DNA of 60,350 bases, counting the filler, from Sphacelaria rigidula (taxonomy: Eukaryota): assembly GCA_964200075.2 (NCBI GenBank). It is 3 parts of 3 records of this genome, joined end to end, with 100 filler letters (N's around TTAATTAATTAA, not from the genome) between each part and the next. Parts side by side here need not be neighbours in the genome. Positions count along the whole stretch, not along the records: positions 40,306 to 60,350 come from CAXNAA020000576.1; 2 more parts are not named here. One strand, 5' to 3'. Every line of letters begins with the position of its first letter. Position 1 is the first letter of the stretch. Positions 50,201 to 60,350 of this stretch are shown here, in pieces. The translations under genes and the position numbers were made by a program. The notes beneath the pieces are model-generated. The model worked only from the letters and a program-made list of their open reading frames with translations, ran no database searches and had not been told where the DNA came from.

Positions 50201-52765
50201 CCGTTGCTTCAGCGAATACTGGAATGCGCCCGGTCAGATGGTTCGCAGGCAGGAAAGTTCTCACTTGAAATGTTGCTTAATCGATAGGCCATGAAGCACG
50301 GCATGCATGTGTGATTCAGGAGTGGCGCTAGACCTTCACTAATTGCTCGCGAAGTGTATGCTTTCGCCTTTATCGTCGTAGCAGGGCCGCACCGGAATTG
50401 GTATTTAAAAGCAGGACGGTGGAAATTTGCCACAGTTTTCCCGCAGTCAGTGCCGTGGAAGCCACCCATAGTTCCCCACCTCTGTTTTATCATCGTTGCT
50501 CCAGTTTGATTGGTAGAGTGTGATAACAATCAAATCAATCAATCCATGATTTACAATCACGTGTTGACAATGCAAAAGACCCTGCCTATTTTTACGGCGA
50601 CCACGGTGGCAAGCCGAGCACAGTTGTCTTTATTTTCCCCCGTCGCCAACGATTAGTTGAGCGATGATGTGGCACTTTCGCCTGCATGTCGGTGTTTCAC
50701 CGTGTGCCCATGCACTCAGCCTCTTGTGTGCGCCTGCCAGATTCTTCCGAGACCTTTTCGCACTACTCTGAAATTTACTGCCGCCGCACCTGCTGCAGTT
50801 AGTACTACACGATCCCCTTTATTTGTACTGTGCTGGGTGGTTGTCATTGCAGAGTAATGCACTGGTGTATTCTGTGTCATGTAGGATTCCTGAGTGGGAG
50901 CGCCGGCGTTGTCTCGGCGCGATACTTCCGACGAAATGGGCTTGCATACGCTGTTGGCCTGTACATTATCCTGCATTGCGCTGTACTGTGTCAAACTCCT
51001 ACGTAGTACTCTAGTACTGCGGTAGTCACCGGCCAAACCTGGCGAAAATTGTAATTTGTTCGTAGTGGACAATGTTTGAACGTTTTTTTGCGTTCCACCG
51101 CTCATCACGATGGACGTTTGAACCCAATGTTTTGGGGGTTGGGTGATACTCGCATGTGCTTCACGTTTAGAAAACAAAATCGTTTCTGTACTCAATATTG
51201 TATACCTTACGGAGTGAACGGTTCTCGGAGATCCTGTGACGACACAGCTCCAGGTTCTGACACCTCTGTAATTTTTTTCGATTGAACGAATCCCAACCGT
51301 ACTCGTGAACAAATCAAGACATTTTTTTTCTCCCTGAAATTCCACCCATTCATTGAGCTAGAACCGAAAACATGTGTTTGGTAGACCAATGACGATCGAC
51401 AACACCCTCCTTAAAATCGAGCGTCTTTTGCATAACCCCGACAACACCAACTTGGAGGTTGTGTACTGAGCATGACATATTTACTATCCCAACATAACTT
51501 AACAATGAGGGAGTGAAAAGGAAGAATACGAAGCGAGGAAACGAAAGAAATACCCGACTACAACAATCGACAGAGGGTCTTGTTTACCGTTTTTGGTTCA
51601 AAACATATTGGATTTCGGCTCTAGTGCGATAAACACATGAAAATTTGAAAACAAGGTCTAAATATTATTCACAAAAACGATTGGGAGTTGTTTAGCCCTC
51701 CGTACCATTCACAACTCAGTTCGGCATTTTCCGTGGTTGAGCATAGTCTCTATTTTCTCGCAAAATACTCTTCCCTCGCGCTCAAAAGTGCCAGGGTAGA
51801 CAAACATTGGTAAAATGAAGGGGTAGTGCCCATGACACAATCCCCAAATTGGTGTTATCGGGGTGATACTATGCAGGCACCGTTAGACAGGAAGGTGCTT
51901 TCGGTCCTCGCTAGTCCAAAATTCCGTGCATTCCCCTAGTTCGCATTCCCAGTCAGACATAATGTGAGTCACTCACTTGGTCATCATCTTTGGTTCCCCT
52001 TGGGATCTTGTCGTTGTCCCGCCGATGGCGGTAGCATCCTCATCGTTGCTCTCCGCGCAGGAAGCCTCGTACTCTCGACACGGATTGAATTGGCGCAGAT
52101 CCTTGCGTCGTCATGATTCCTCCAACTCATCCTGCCCCGCCCTGGTCCCACCGGTACCATTAATTCACGACCTTAGCGCCATGGATGCTTTTCTGGGAAT
52201 CGTCGGCCTTACCGTTGTCAACATATGATACCCTTCATTGTTTCTGCACTAATGAAGGATCTAGAGTACGAGGGTTACTTTTCGGGCGGTCTCCCCAGGA
52301 CTTGGGAGACTGACCAGCCTTGTCGGGCCCTGGTGCAGCCAACTGTCTGAAACTGGTACGCTTCAACAGACTGTGTCATCCTGGCGAGACAGAGCCCCCT
52401 GCAAATCACAGTCTGCGCTCGTGATTGGGCGTTTTGATGAGTTCCCGTTCGGTACCGTTATGTACATCTCCTGGCGGAAGAGACCTGAGTCCAGTTCGAC
52501 CACTCCTCCGGGGAGTAGTGCGTAGGCTGTCCGAGTCTTCCGAGCGCTGTGTCCACTCGGCACATGGGGGTCAGGTAGGTCCCACCACTTCCACTCCCGT
52601 GGGTCAGTACTTGATCGTAGGCTTGGCATTGGGCTGCTTGTGGTGTTCGAAGCTCAGTGCCCTCGAAGCTTGCGGTCGAAGCGTTTCTGTCTTCGGTACG
52701 CTCAAGCAGCGTCGATGCGGCTGGTGGTTTCAGTATGTAGATGAGCGTGCACGCTGATAGCACCG

Positions 52766-52990
52766 CTACGGTAACACACTCGACTGCTTGACTCGCAGCA
52801 CGGAGTCTGAACTGCTGGGTATTGACCACACGTGCCATAGCGTGGACGTTCCTCTTTGCTGCTGTTCTTCCGAACAAATGCAGCCCTGCCTGAGACCATA
52901 GTTGACTCTGAAGTACTCTGATTGTTTGCGAGTCGCTAGCCGTACTCGCCTGGGCACGCCATCGTGAAACATATGAATGTCCTTTTCATC
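52766..52990 (-). mobile_element. LINE reverse transcriptase fragment
   Basis: MFHDGVPRRVRLATRKQSEYFRVNYGLRQGC matches the SxxFxVxxGLRQGC motif of non-LTR RTs. Confidence 0.75.
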
Positions 52991-54224
52991 GTCGGCGAAT
53001 GAAGTCTCAGGTCGGCCAGGACTTTCCCCCGGGGGTGCGGTCGACAGCGTCGCACGCTTTTTTCAGGTCGATGAACCACGCGTCTACCAGTGTAATGCGT
53101 GAGGGAATCGCGTGCTTAAAGGACCGTATCGGAATTTGAACATCCCTATGGTCAGGGTTAGGGTTGGGAGTAGGGTCAGAGGCGTGGTCCTTGCAGGGAC
53201 TGACCCGATCGGGTTTGAAAAACGTCGATCCTGAGGTGTTTTGAACTACCGCGCGGTCCTCTTCGCACGCGATCCTCTCATGCGCTAGACCAGGACATAT
53301 TTTGGTTGTCCCACCTCATGCCATTGGAGCTGGGTGAGCATCGTTTCTGTGATCAACCGTTAGTCCCGGAACCCGCACTGCCCTTTCAAGGGTAACTCCG
53401 CCTTCCCTCATGAGCTGTCGAGTTTGTTCTCCCGGTTTGTTTCGAGCGCTTTCCCGGTAAACTGGCAAGATCCGCGGGAAGGAAAGGTCTCCAGGATGGC
53501 CGGACTGTTGAACCGTCCATCTTTTTCGCGTCTCTCCGCTTCTGCAGCATATTGACGCACGTCCGCGTAGCCACATTACTGCCGTGGGAGTAGCAGAATG
53601 TGCAAAGGCTGAGTGAGTATTGCGGGCTTCAAAGAATTCAGTTTGAAGCCTATCGACTCCGTCGATCGCCGGTGCCGATGGCTCCCAATGCATTGTTTAA
53701 TCTCATCCAAGATTGATGCCCGGAAGGGCGCACTCCCGAACACTATGCGTTTGGCAAGTATGTGTTGCTCTTCATGACGATCAGATCGGCGGTGGCCCAT
53801 GGCGTGTGTTTAGTGAAAAGGAGATGTGGTGCTTACCATCCTTGACAGAATTGATACGTCCGCTGCCGCACTTTCCCGTCTCGTCCTTGACCTACTGCCC
53901 GCTCTCCAGCTTACTACGCACCCTGTGACTTCCATGCACATGACCGCACCGGCAGATGATACTATCAGTTATTTCATACCTCAGATATTTCGCATACCCG
54001 TCCTCACACCTGCCCAACAACCTCAATACCCTCTCCGGTTTCGTGCGTACGTTGTTGATTTCACGCTTTTAATCTTCGCCTAGACATAGTTTTCGTACTC
54101 TCACTCGCTTTTTGACATTTTGTGCTCCAATATTTATCATCAATCGTACTGCTGCCACTTCCTCATTGTTGCTGTTTTGTGCAATACTCATACTGCTGTT
54201 GCCATGAACCCTCTCGTCTATATT

Positions 54225-54243
54225 GTAGTAGTAGAAGTAGTAA

Positions 54244-54287
<44 letters not shown>
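54225..54287. repeat. (GTA)n microsatellite
   Basis: Directly visible. Confidence 0.95.
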
Positions 54288-55496
54288 ATGCATGTGCAGG
54301 ATAATCAATATTCTCCGGACTGAATAATCTTAGTAGGATGCAGCACACCCTTCATGCGGCTCGCCAAACACATCACAGCCCTTCGCGCTTGGTGATTGAA
54401 TGCGAGCCTGATCGGGCGAAATCCCGGTGTTCTCCGTCCTGGCTTTGAAGGGATGCGAGGTCAATAATAATATGTCTACGGCATGCAAGATCATGAGTAC
54501 GCCCCCCTTCCTCGCACCCGAGAAGCGACCCGTACAACTTCCCATTCAAAATAGCCTCGGAGCCTCCGCAAGACAGGTCGAGACATGACTGCAACCTCTT
54601 GGACCACGAACAGAGGAGTGCCGGGACCATCGGCGCCCTTCCCCCCGAGTAAAGCAGATCCTGATCTATAAAATGTTATGCTGCAAGATAATCAGGGGAG
54701 GGAGAAGCGCAACTGGAACTTGATAAAACAGAGGAGTAATGCCGCGATACCCCCCCGAAAAACCAGCCCCAAAACTGTCGCTGAGAAAGGATCATACAGC
54801 GCATGATAGCTGGTTCCAGACTGCATCAGACGCATCATGTGGGTGAGAGTGGCGGAAACGATCCCAAGCGTGGGGGATCCCAGCTGCTCGGTGTGGCCGG
54901 CTTTCGTCATTTTGATCTACATGTCGATTTTGCCTGCTCAAACGAGCCACTGTTTTCGGCGGAGGAGGGGGGTCATCGTGGCATCAAAGCTGAGTTCGGT
55001 CCATGAACACATTTCATTGAAGAATAAAAATGCTGCATCTTCATGTGCTTCACTCGCACCCTCGGCATGAGCACAACATCAAATCGAGGCCGGCGTTGCA
55101 CGGATCCTCTAAAGCGAGCTAAGGACGGGTTAATAAAACTTACCAAATGCGGCGAAACCTAAAGTGCCGAGGCGGGGTAGGCGGGAAATAGCCAGGGTCT
55201 CCCAGGGAGTATGACGCGACTCTCTACCCTCAGAGCACCCAACGAGCCCCAAACCGCACTAGCAACGCCAGAGCACCATGTAGGATTTTTCAACGAGGAA
55301 CGTATTCTGGCACCGATCGTTCTTATCGAATGCGTTACCGGGCACGTTATCCTGGGGTGTACACGTCAAGTTGTTTTTCACGCATAACTGGTTGTTGTTA
55401 CCTTGCCACTTTTCACCCTTCTCGAAAATTCTCAACCTGTAATTTGTGCTCGCTGACTCCTCCCAGGTGCCCAAATAAGGGTGCTTACTGAATATC

Positions 55497-58400
55497 ATGG
55501 TTGCTGGCAGCGTCATGGTCGCCGCTAACCCCTGGATAATCAGTCCACCTTCATCGCGTGCGGCAAGGCGTGCTGTGGGCCTTCGGCTGCTGCGAGCAGG
55601 CGTGTCCTCGACTGCTTGCCCGACAGAGAAGCCATTGGTTGGCTGTAGTTATGAGGAGGTCACGAGTGGTCGTCGGAGGGATCGGCATCGACACAGTGAT
55701 AGACAAGTCGGGCCGCGAGATCATGGCTTGGGAAACGGGCGACGGCCATTTGGCGATGGTCGTGGAGGCGGTCTAGGTCTTGGCGGTGCTGCAAGAGGCC
55801 GGCGGCAAGAGCGGGGCAGGGGAGATGGCCAAGCGCCCACTAGCAGTATTCGAGCTATCCATGCGTCATACAAGAGCCGAATCAAGCAGGCAGGGATTCG
55901 GCGAGATTGGAATATGGTGAAGAGAGTCTTGGCGGAAGCTCTTGCTCGTGATGACTCACGGTTGGTCGTGGATGTACACGTGTATGGTGCAGTTATCAGT
56001 GCTGCTGGAAAAAGTGGCAAACGGGAGGAAGCTGTCAAAATGCTAAAATTTATGCGTGAGGTAGGAAATGTGCGACCTGATACGAAATGCTATGCCTTGG
56101 CCATCAAGGCGTACGGCATTGTTGGCGGCTGGAGAGAGGCTTTGTCACTGTTGAGGGAGATGATTACTGAGGGCATCGCCCCCGATACCATAGCCTACAA
56201 CTCCACTATTAGGGCATGCGGTGCACAGTGGGAACAGGCTTTGTCGCTCTTGAGGGATATGAAGGCCAAGGGTATCTTGCCCAATGTTGTCTCATATAAC
56301 TTGACCGTCAAGGCATGCGGAGATGGAGGGCAGCTTGAACAGGCTTTGTCGTTGTTGAGAGAGATGAAGACCGAGGATATTACTCCTGATGTCATAACGT
56401 ATAGCTCGGTCATCAAGGCGTGTGGTGAGCAATGGGAGAAAGCATTGTGGCTGTTGAGGGACATGAAATCCGAGTGTGTCGCCCCCAATGTCATAACGTA
56501 TAGCTCGGCCATCAAGGTGTGTGGGGCGGGTGAACAGCTCGAGCGCGCTTTGTCACTTTTGAGGGAGATGAAGACCGAGGGTATTGTGCCCAATGTCATC
56601 ACGTACAGCACGGTCATCTCGGCATGCGGTGGACAGTGGGAGCGGGCTCTGTGCCTTTTGAGAGAGATGAAAGTGGAAGGTATAGACCCCAATGTCAAGA
56701 CTTACACTGCGGCTATTAAGGCATGCGGAGATGGGGGACAACCCGAGCAGGCTTTGTCGCTGTTGAGGGAAATGAGGGTCGAGGGTATCGCCCCCAATGT
56801 TGTATCCTATAACGCCGCCATCACGGCGCTCGGGGAAAGTGGACACCTCGAGCAAGCGCTGTCGCTTTTGCGGGAAATGAAGAGCAAGGGTGTGACCCCC
56901 AATGTCATAACGTATAGCTCGGCCATCGCTTCATGCGGCGGGCAATGGGACCAGGCGTTGTTACTTTTGAGAGAGATGGAGACCGAGGGCATCGACCCCA
57001 ACCTAACAACGTATAACTCAGCCATCAAGGCATGCGGTCGACAAGGGGGGCAGGCGTTGTCGCTGCTGAAGGAGATGAAATCGAGGGGTGTCATGCCCAA
57101 TGTCGTCTCGTACAATTCGGCCATCACGGCATGTCGTGGGCAGCCCGAGCAAGTGTCATCGCTGTTGAACGAGATGGAAACTGATGGTATCGCCCCGGAT
57201 GTAATAACTTATAACTCGGCCATCACGGCATGCCGTGGACAATGGAAGCAGGCGTTGTCAATGTTGCAAGAGATGAAGACCAAGTACGTTACCCCCAATG
57301 CTGTCTCGTACAACTCGGTCATCACGGCATGTCGTGGACAGCTCAAGCAAGCCTTGTTGTTGTTGAGAGAGATGAAGAGTGAGGGTATCGCCCCTGATGT
57401 CATAACGTACAGCTCGGTCATCATAGCATGCGGCAAACAGTGGGAGCAGGCTTTGTCGCTCTTGCGGGAGATGAAACGCGAAGGTATCGCTCCCAATGTC
57501 ACAGCGTACAACTCCGTCATCAAGGCGTGCGGGGCCGGGGGACAGCTCGGGCAGGTTTTGACACTGTTCAGGGAGATGAAGACCGAGGGTATTGTGCCTG
57601 ATGTCATCACGTACAGCACGGCGATCACGGCATGCGGTGAACAATGGGAGAGGGCTTTGTCGCTGGTGAGGGAGATGAAGATCGAGGGCGTCGCTCCCAA
57701 TCCCATAGCATATACCTCGGTTATCACTTCATGCCGTCGAGAATGGGAGCAGGTTTTGGCGCTTTTAAAAGAAATGGAGACCGAAGGTATTGCTCCCAAT
57801 GTAATAACCTATAATTCGGCCATGACGACATGCGGTGGACACTGGGAGCAGGCTTTTATGCTTTTGCGGAAGATGAAGACGAAGGGTATCGTCCCTGATT
57901 TCGTTTCGTACAACTCGGCCATCACGGCATGCCGCGTACAGCTCGAGCGAGCGTTGTTGCTGTTGAAGGAAATGCAGATGAAGGGTTTGGCGCCCGATGT
58001 TGTGACTTACAACTCGGCCATCATGGCATACAGTGGACAATGGGAGCGGGCTTTGTCGTTGTTGCGGGAGATGAAGACAAAGGCTATCGTACCTAATGTC
58101 GCCTCATACAATTCGGCCATCAGGGCGTGCCGTGGGCAGGTCGAGCAAGCCGTGTCGCTGCTGAAGGAGATGAAGAGTGAGGGTATCACCCCAGATGTTA
58201 TAACCTACAACTCGGTCATCACCGTATGTGGCGAACAGTGGAAGAAGGCTGTATCGCTGTTGCGGGGGATGAAGAGCGAGGGCATCGCCCCTGATGTCAC
58301 AACGTACAACTCGGTCATCAAGGCATGCGGGGCCGGGGGACAGCTCGGGCAGGCTTTGTCGCTGTTGAGGGAGATGAAGACCGAGGCTATTATGCCCGAT

Positions 58401-59561
58401 GTTATCACGTACAGCTCGGTCATCACAGCATGCGGTAAGGAATGGGAGCAAGCTTTGTCGCTTTTAAGGGACATGAAGACCGAGGGTGTCGCCCCTAATG
58501 TCATAACCTACACCGCGGCCATCAAGGTGTGTGGGGCTGGTGATCAGCTAGAGCACGCTTTGTCACTTTTGAGGGAGATGAAGACGAATGGTATTGTGCC
58601 TAATGTCATCACGTACAACACGGCCATCACGGCATGCAGTGGAGAATGGGAGCGGGCTCTGTGTCTTATGGGGGAGATGGAGTACGAGGGTATCGCCGCT
58701 GATGTCACGACCTACACCGCGGCCATTAAGGCATGCGGAGATGGTGGACAACTCGAGCGAGCTCTATCGCTGTTGAGGCAAATGAACATTGACGGTATCA
58801 CCCCCAACGTTGTAGTCTACAATGCCGCCATCACGGTATGCGGATCCAGCGAGCAGCTTGAGCAAGCTTTGTCACTTTTACGAGAGATGGTCTCCAAGGG
58901 TGTAGACCCTAACGTCATCACGTATAGCTCGGTTATCACTTCATGCGGTAGACAATGGGAGCAGGCTTTGTCGCTCCTAAGAGAAATGGAAACCAAGGGT
59001 ATCGCCCCCAATGTCGTAACCTATGCCGCGACCATCAAAGCATGCCGTGGACAATGGAAGCAGGCGTTGTCGTTGTTGCGGGAGATGAAGACAAAGGGTG
59101 TTATGCCTAATGTCATCTCGTATAACTGGGCCATCACGGCATGCCGTGAAGAGCTCGAGCAAGCGCTGTCGCTGTTGAAGGAGATGAAGACCGAGGGCGT
59201 CACCCCCAATGTCATAACTTACACCGCAGCCATCAATGCATGCCGTGGACAGCTCGAGCAAGCCTTGTTTATGTTGCGGGAGATGAAACGCGAGGGTATC
59301 GCCCCCAACGTCGCTACGTACAACTCGGTTATCAAGGCATGCGGGGACAGGGGACAAGTCGAGCAGGCTCTGTCGCTTTTGAGGGAGATGAAGACGGAGG
59401 GAATTGTGGCCGATGTCATAACGTACAGCTCGCTCATCAAAGCATGCGGTGGACAATGGGAAAGGGCTTTATCGTTGCTGAAGGAGATGAAGAAGGAGGG
59501 TGTTGCCCCTGATGTAATCACCTACACGGCGGCCATCAAGGCATGCTGGAACTGTGAATAG
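55497..59561 (+). CDS. P-class-like pentatricopeptide repeat (PPR) protein, 35 tandem motifs, probable organellar targeting peptide, uninterrupted ORF
   Basis: 1354-aa ORF made of a 159-aa N-terminus, one 36-aa, eleven 35-aa and twenty-three 33-aa motifs (55974-59513), and a 15-aa remnant. Consensus is VITYNSAIxAC(Gxx)GQWEQALSLLREMKxEGIxP(N/D). The first 43 aa are R/A/S-rich with no acidic residue. Confidence 0.95.
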   Translation: MVAGSVMVAANPWIISPPSSRAARRAVGLRLLRAGVSSTACPTEKPLVGCSYEEVTSGRRRDRHRHSDRQVGPRDHGLGNGRRPFGDGRGGGLGLGGAARGRRQERGRGDGQAPTSSIRAIHASYKSRIKQAGIRRDWNMVKRVLAEALARDDSRLVVDVHVYGAVISAAGKSGKREEAVKMLKFMREVGNVRPDTKCYALAIKAYGIVGGWREALSLLREMITEGIAPDTIAYNSTIRACGAQWEQALSLLRDMKAKGILPNVVSYNLTVKACGDGGQLEQALSLLREMKTEDITPDVITYSSVIKACGEQWEKALWLLRDMKSECVAPNVITYSSAIKVCGAGEQLERALSLLREMKTEGIVPNVITYSTVISACGGQWERALCLLREMKVEGIDPNVKTYTAAIKACGDGGQPEQALSLLREMRVEGIAPNVVSYNAAITALGESGHLEQALSLLREMKSKGVTPNVITYSSAIASCGGQWDQALLLLREMETEGIDPNLTTYNSAIKACGRQGGQALSLLKEMKSRGVMPNVVSYNSAITACRGQPEQVSSLLNEMETDGIAPDVITYNSAITACRGQWKQALSMLQEMKTKYVTPNAVSYNSVITACRGQLKQALLLLREMKSEGIAPDVITYSSVIIACGKQWEQALSLLREMKREGIAPNVTAYNSVIKACGAGGQLGQVLTLFREMKTEGIVPDVITYSTAITACGEQWERALSLVREMKIEGVAPNPIAYTSVITSCRREWEQVLALLKEMETEGIAPNVITYNSAMTTCGGHWEQAFMLLRKMKTKGIVPDFVSYNSAITACRVQLERALLLLKEMQMKGLAPDVVTYNSAIMAYSGQWERALSLLREMKTKAIVPNVASYNSAIRACRGQVEQAVSLLKEMKSEGITPDVITYNSVITVCGEQWKKAVSLLRGMKSEGIAPDVTTYNSVIKACGAGGQLGQALSLLREMKTEAIMPDVITYSSVITACGKEWEQALSLLRDMKTEGVAPNVITYTAAIKVCGAGDQLEHALSLLREMKTNGIVPNVITYNTAITACSGEWERALCLMGEMEYEGIAADVTTYTAAIKACGDGGQLERALSLLRQMNIDGITPNVVVYNAAITVCGSSEQLEQALSLLREMVSKGVDPNVITYSSVITSCGRQWEQALSLLREMETKGIAPNVVTYAATIKACRGQWKQALSLLREMKTKGVMPNVISYNWAITACREELEQALSLLKEMKTEGVTPNVITYTAAINACRGQLEQALFMLREMKREGIAPNVATYNSVIKACGDRGQVEQALSLLREMKTEGIVADVITYSSLIKACGGQWERALSLLKEMKKEGVAPDVITYTAAIKACWNCE

Positions 59562-59790
59562 CTTGAGTGGGCTTCGCCGTTTGTTGAGGGAGATGGAGAC
59601 TGAGAATATCATTTCTGATGCCGTGGCGTTCAACTTGGACATGGCCACGTCTGATGCATATTTGAACGAACGTTTGGTAAAGTGGGAGATGAAGACTGAC
59701 GATATCATCTTGAATGTAGTTTGTTACAGCTTGGCCATCAAGTCGTGCAAGGACGGAAAACAGTGAAAGCAGGTCTCGGCTCTTGAGAAT
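59562..59790 (+). pseudogene. Decayed PPR motifs downstream of the stop codon
   Basis: After the TAG (which sits where the Gln codon CAG is expected) and a frameshift, the sequence reads LLREMETENIISDAVAFNL...EMKTDDIILNVVCYSLAIKSCKDGKQ*. Confidence 0.8.
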
Positions 59791-60350
59791 CAGGAGGAGA
59801 CGAAAGGATAATTATCGTGGGTGATACAGTAGTTCACACCTGGAATAGGAGATTTTCGTAGTTTGTTCGTAGTCGGGGATATTCGAAAGTGTTTTCGCGT
59901 GCCACCGCTCATCCCAGTGAACGTTTAATCACAAAATTCGGGGATCGGGAGATACTAGGCATCCCCTCCACATTCCGGAATCAGATCACATCTGCGCTCA
60001 TTATTGAACGACTCATGGGTTGGCCGGTTTTCGGGGTCCTGAGACCATACAGGTCAGTTTATGACGGTTTATTATTTTTGCTCGATTGAAGCAATGCCAA
60101 TAGTTATCGTGAACAAACGATTTTTTCTAGAATTTTACGTTTTATGTACGAGCTGGGCCGGGCAAGAAGCTGAAAAAAGCTTGATTTCGCTCTGCCCCGC
60201 TCAATTTTTCGAGTTCGGATCTGAAAATTTGAGACGTGATTCTTATCAAGCTTACAAAAACACTGAATGCTGATCAAAAAATATATATATATTTTTCGGA
60301 GCATTTTCCCTCGATTTCATTATTTCAGAATTCTTTTGACCCGCCGTAAG

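Noticed and set aside
53153-53180. Telomere-like cagggttagggttgggagtagggtc
   Set aside because: Too short and degenerate to call a telomeric array.
54069-54348. Poly-Y/V/S/L ORFs (and the poly-Q/N ORF at 11078-11407)
   Set aside because: They are translations of the (GTA)n and (CAA)n microsatellites.
55558-59708. Antisense and alternative-frame ORFs over the PPR gene
   Set aside because: They are shadow ORFs of the repetitive coding strand.

Overview
This is eukaryotic, repeat-rich DNA, most likely from a brown alga (Phaeophyceae). That is inferred from an EsV-1-7 repeat gene and from short exons with GT-AG introns. The window is three ~20 kb contigs (1-20053, 20154-40205, 40306-60350) joined by artificial N44-TTAATTAATTAA-N44 linkers, so genes on different contigs are not shown to be neighbours. 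Contig 1 carries a 5'-truncated ammonium transporter (AMT) gene on the minus strand; seven in-frame exons were reconstructed by hand. Contig 2 carries an uninterrupted 1022-aa ORF with 22 tandem 38-aa EsV-1-7 Cys/His repeats (C-X4-C-X16-C-X2-H). Their variation includes a di-residue ending almost always in G/D/N/S, and the array is followed by an NLS-like, acidic tail. This layout recalls a TALE-style modular nucleic-acid reader and is the main hypothesis-level finding. Contig 3 carries an uninterrupted 1354-aa PPR ORF with 35 motifs, 23 of them a non-canonical 33 aa. Read with the plant PPR code, the array spells an A/U-rich 33-mer ending in AUG. The rest is MITEs, foldback elements, a tRNA-derived SINE, decayed RTE-type LINEs with (CAAT)n tails, local duplications and microsatellites.
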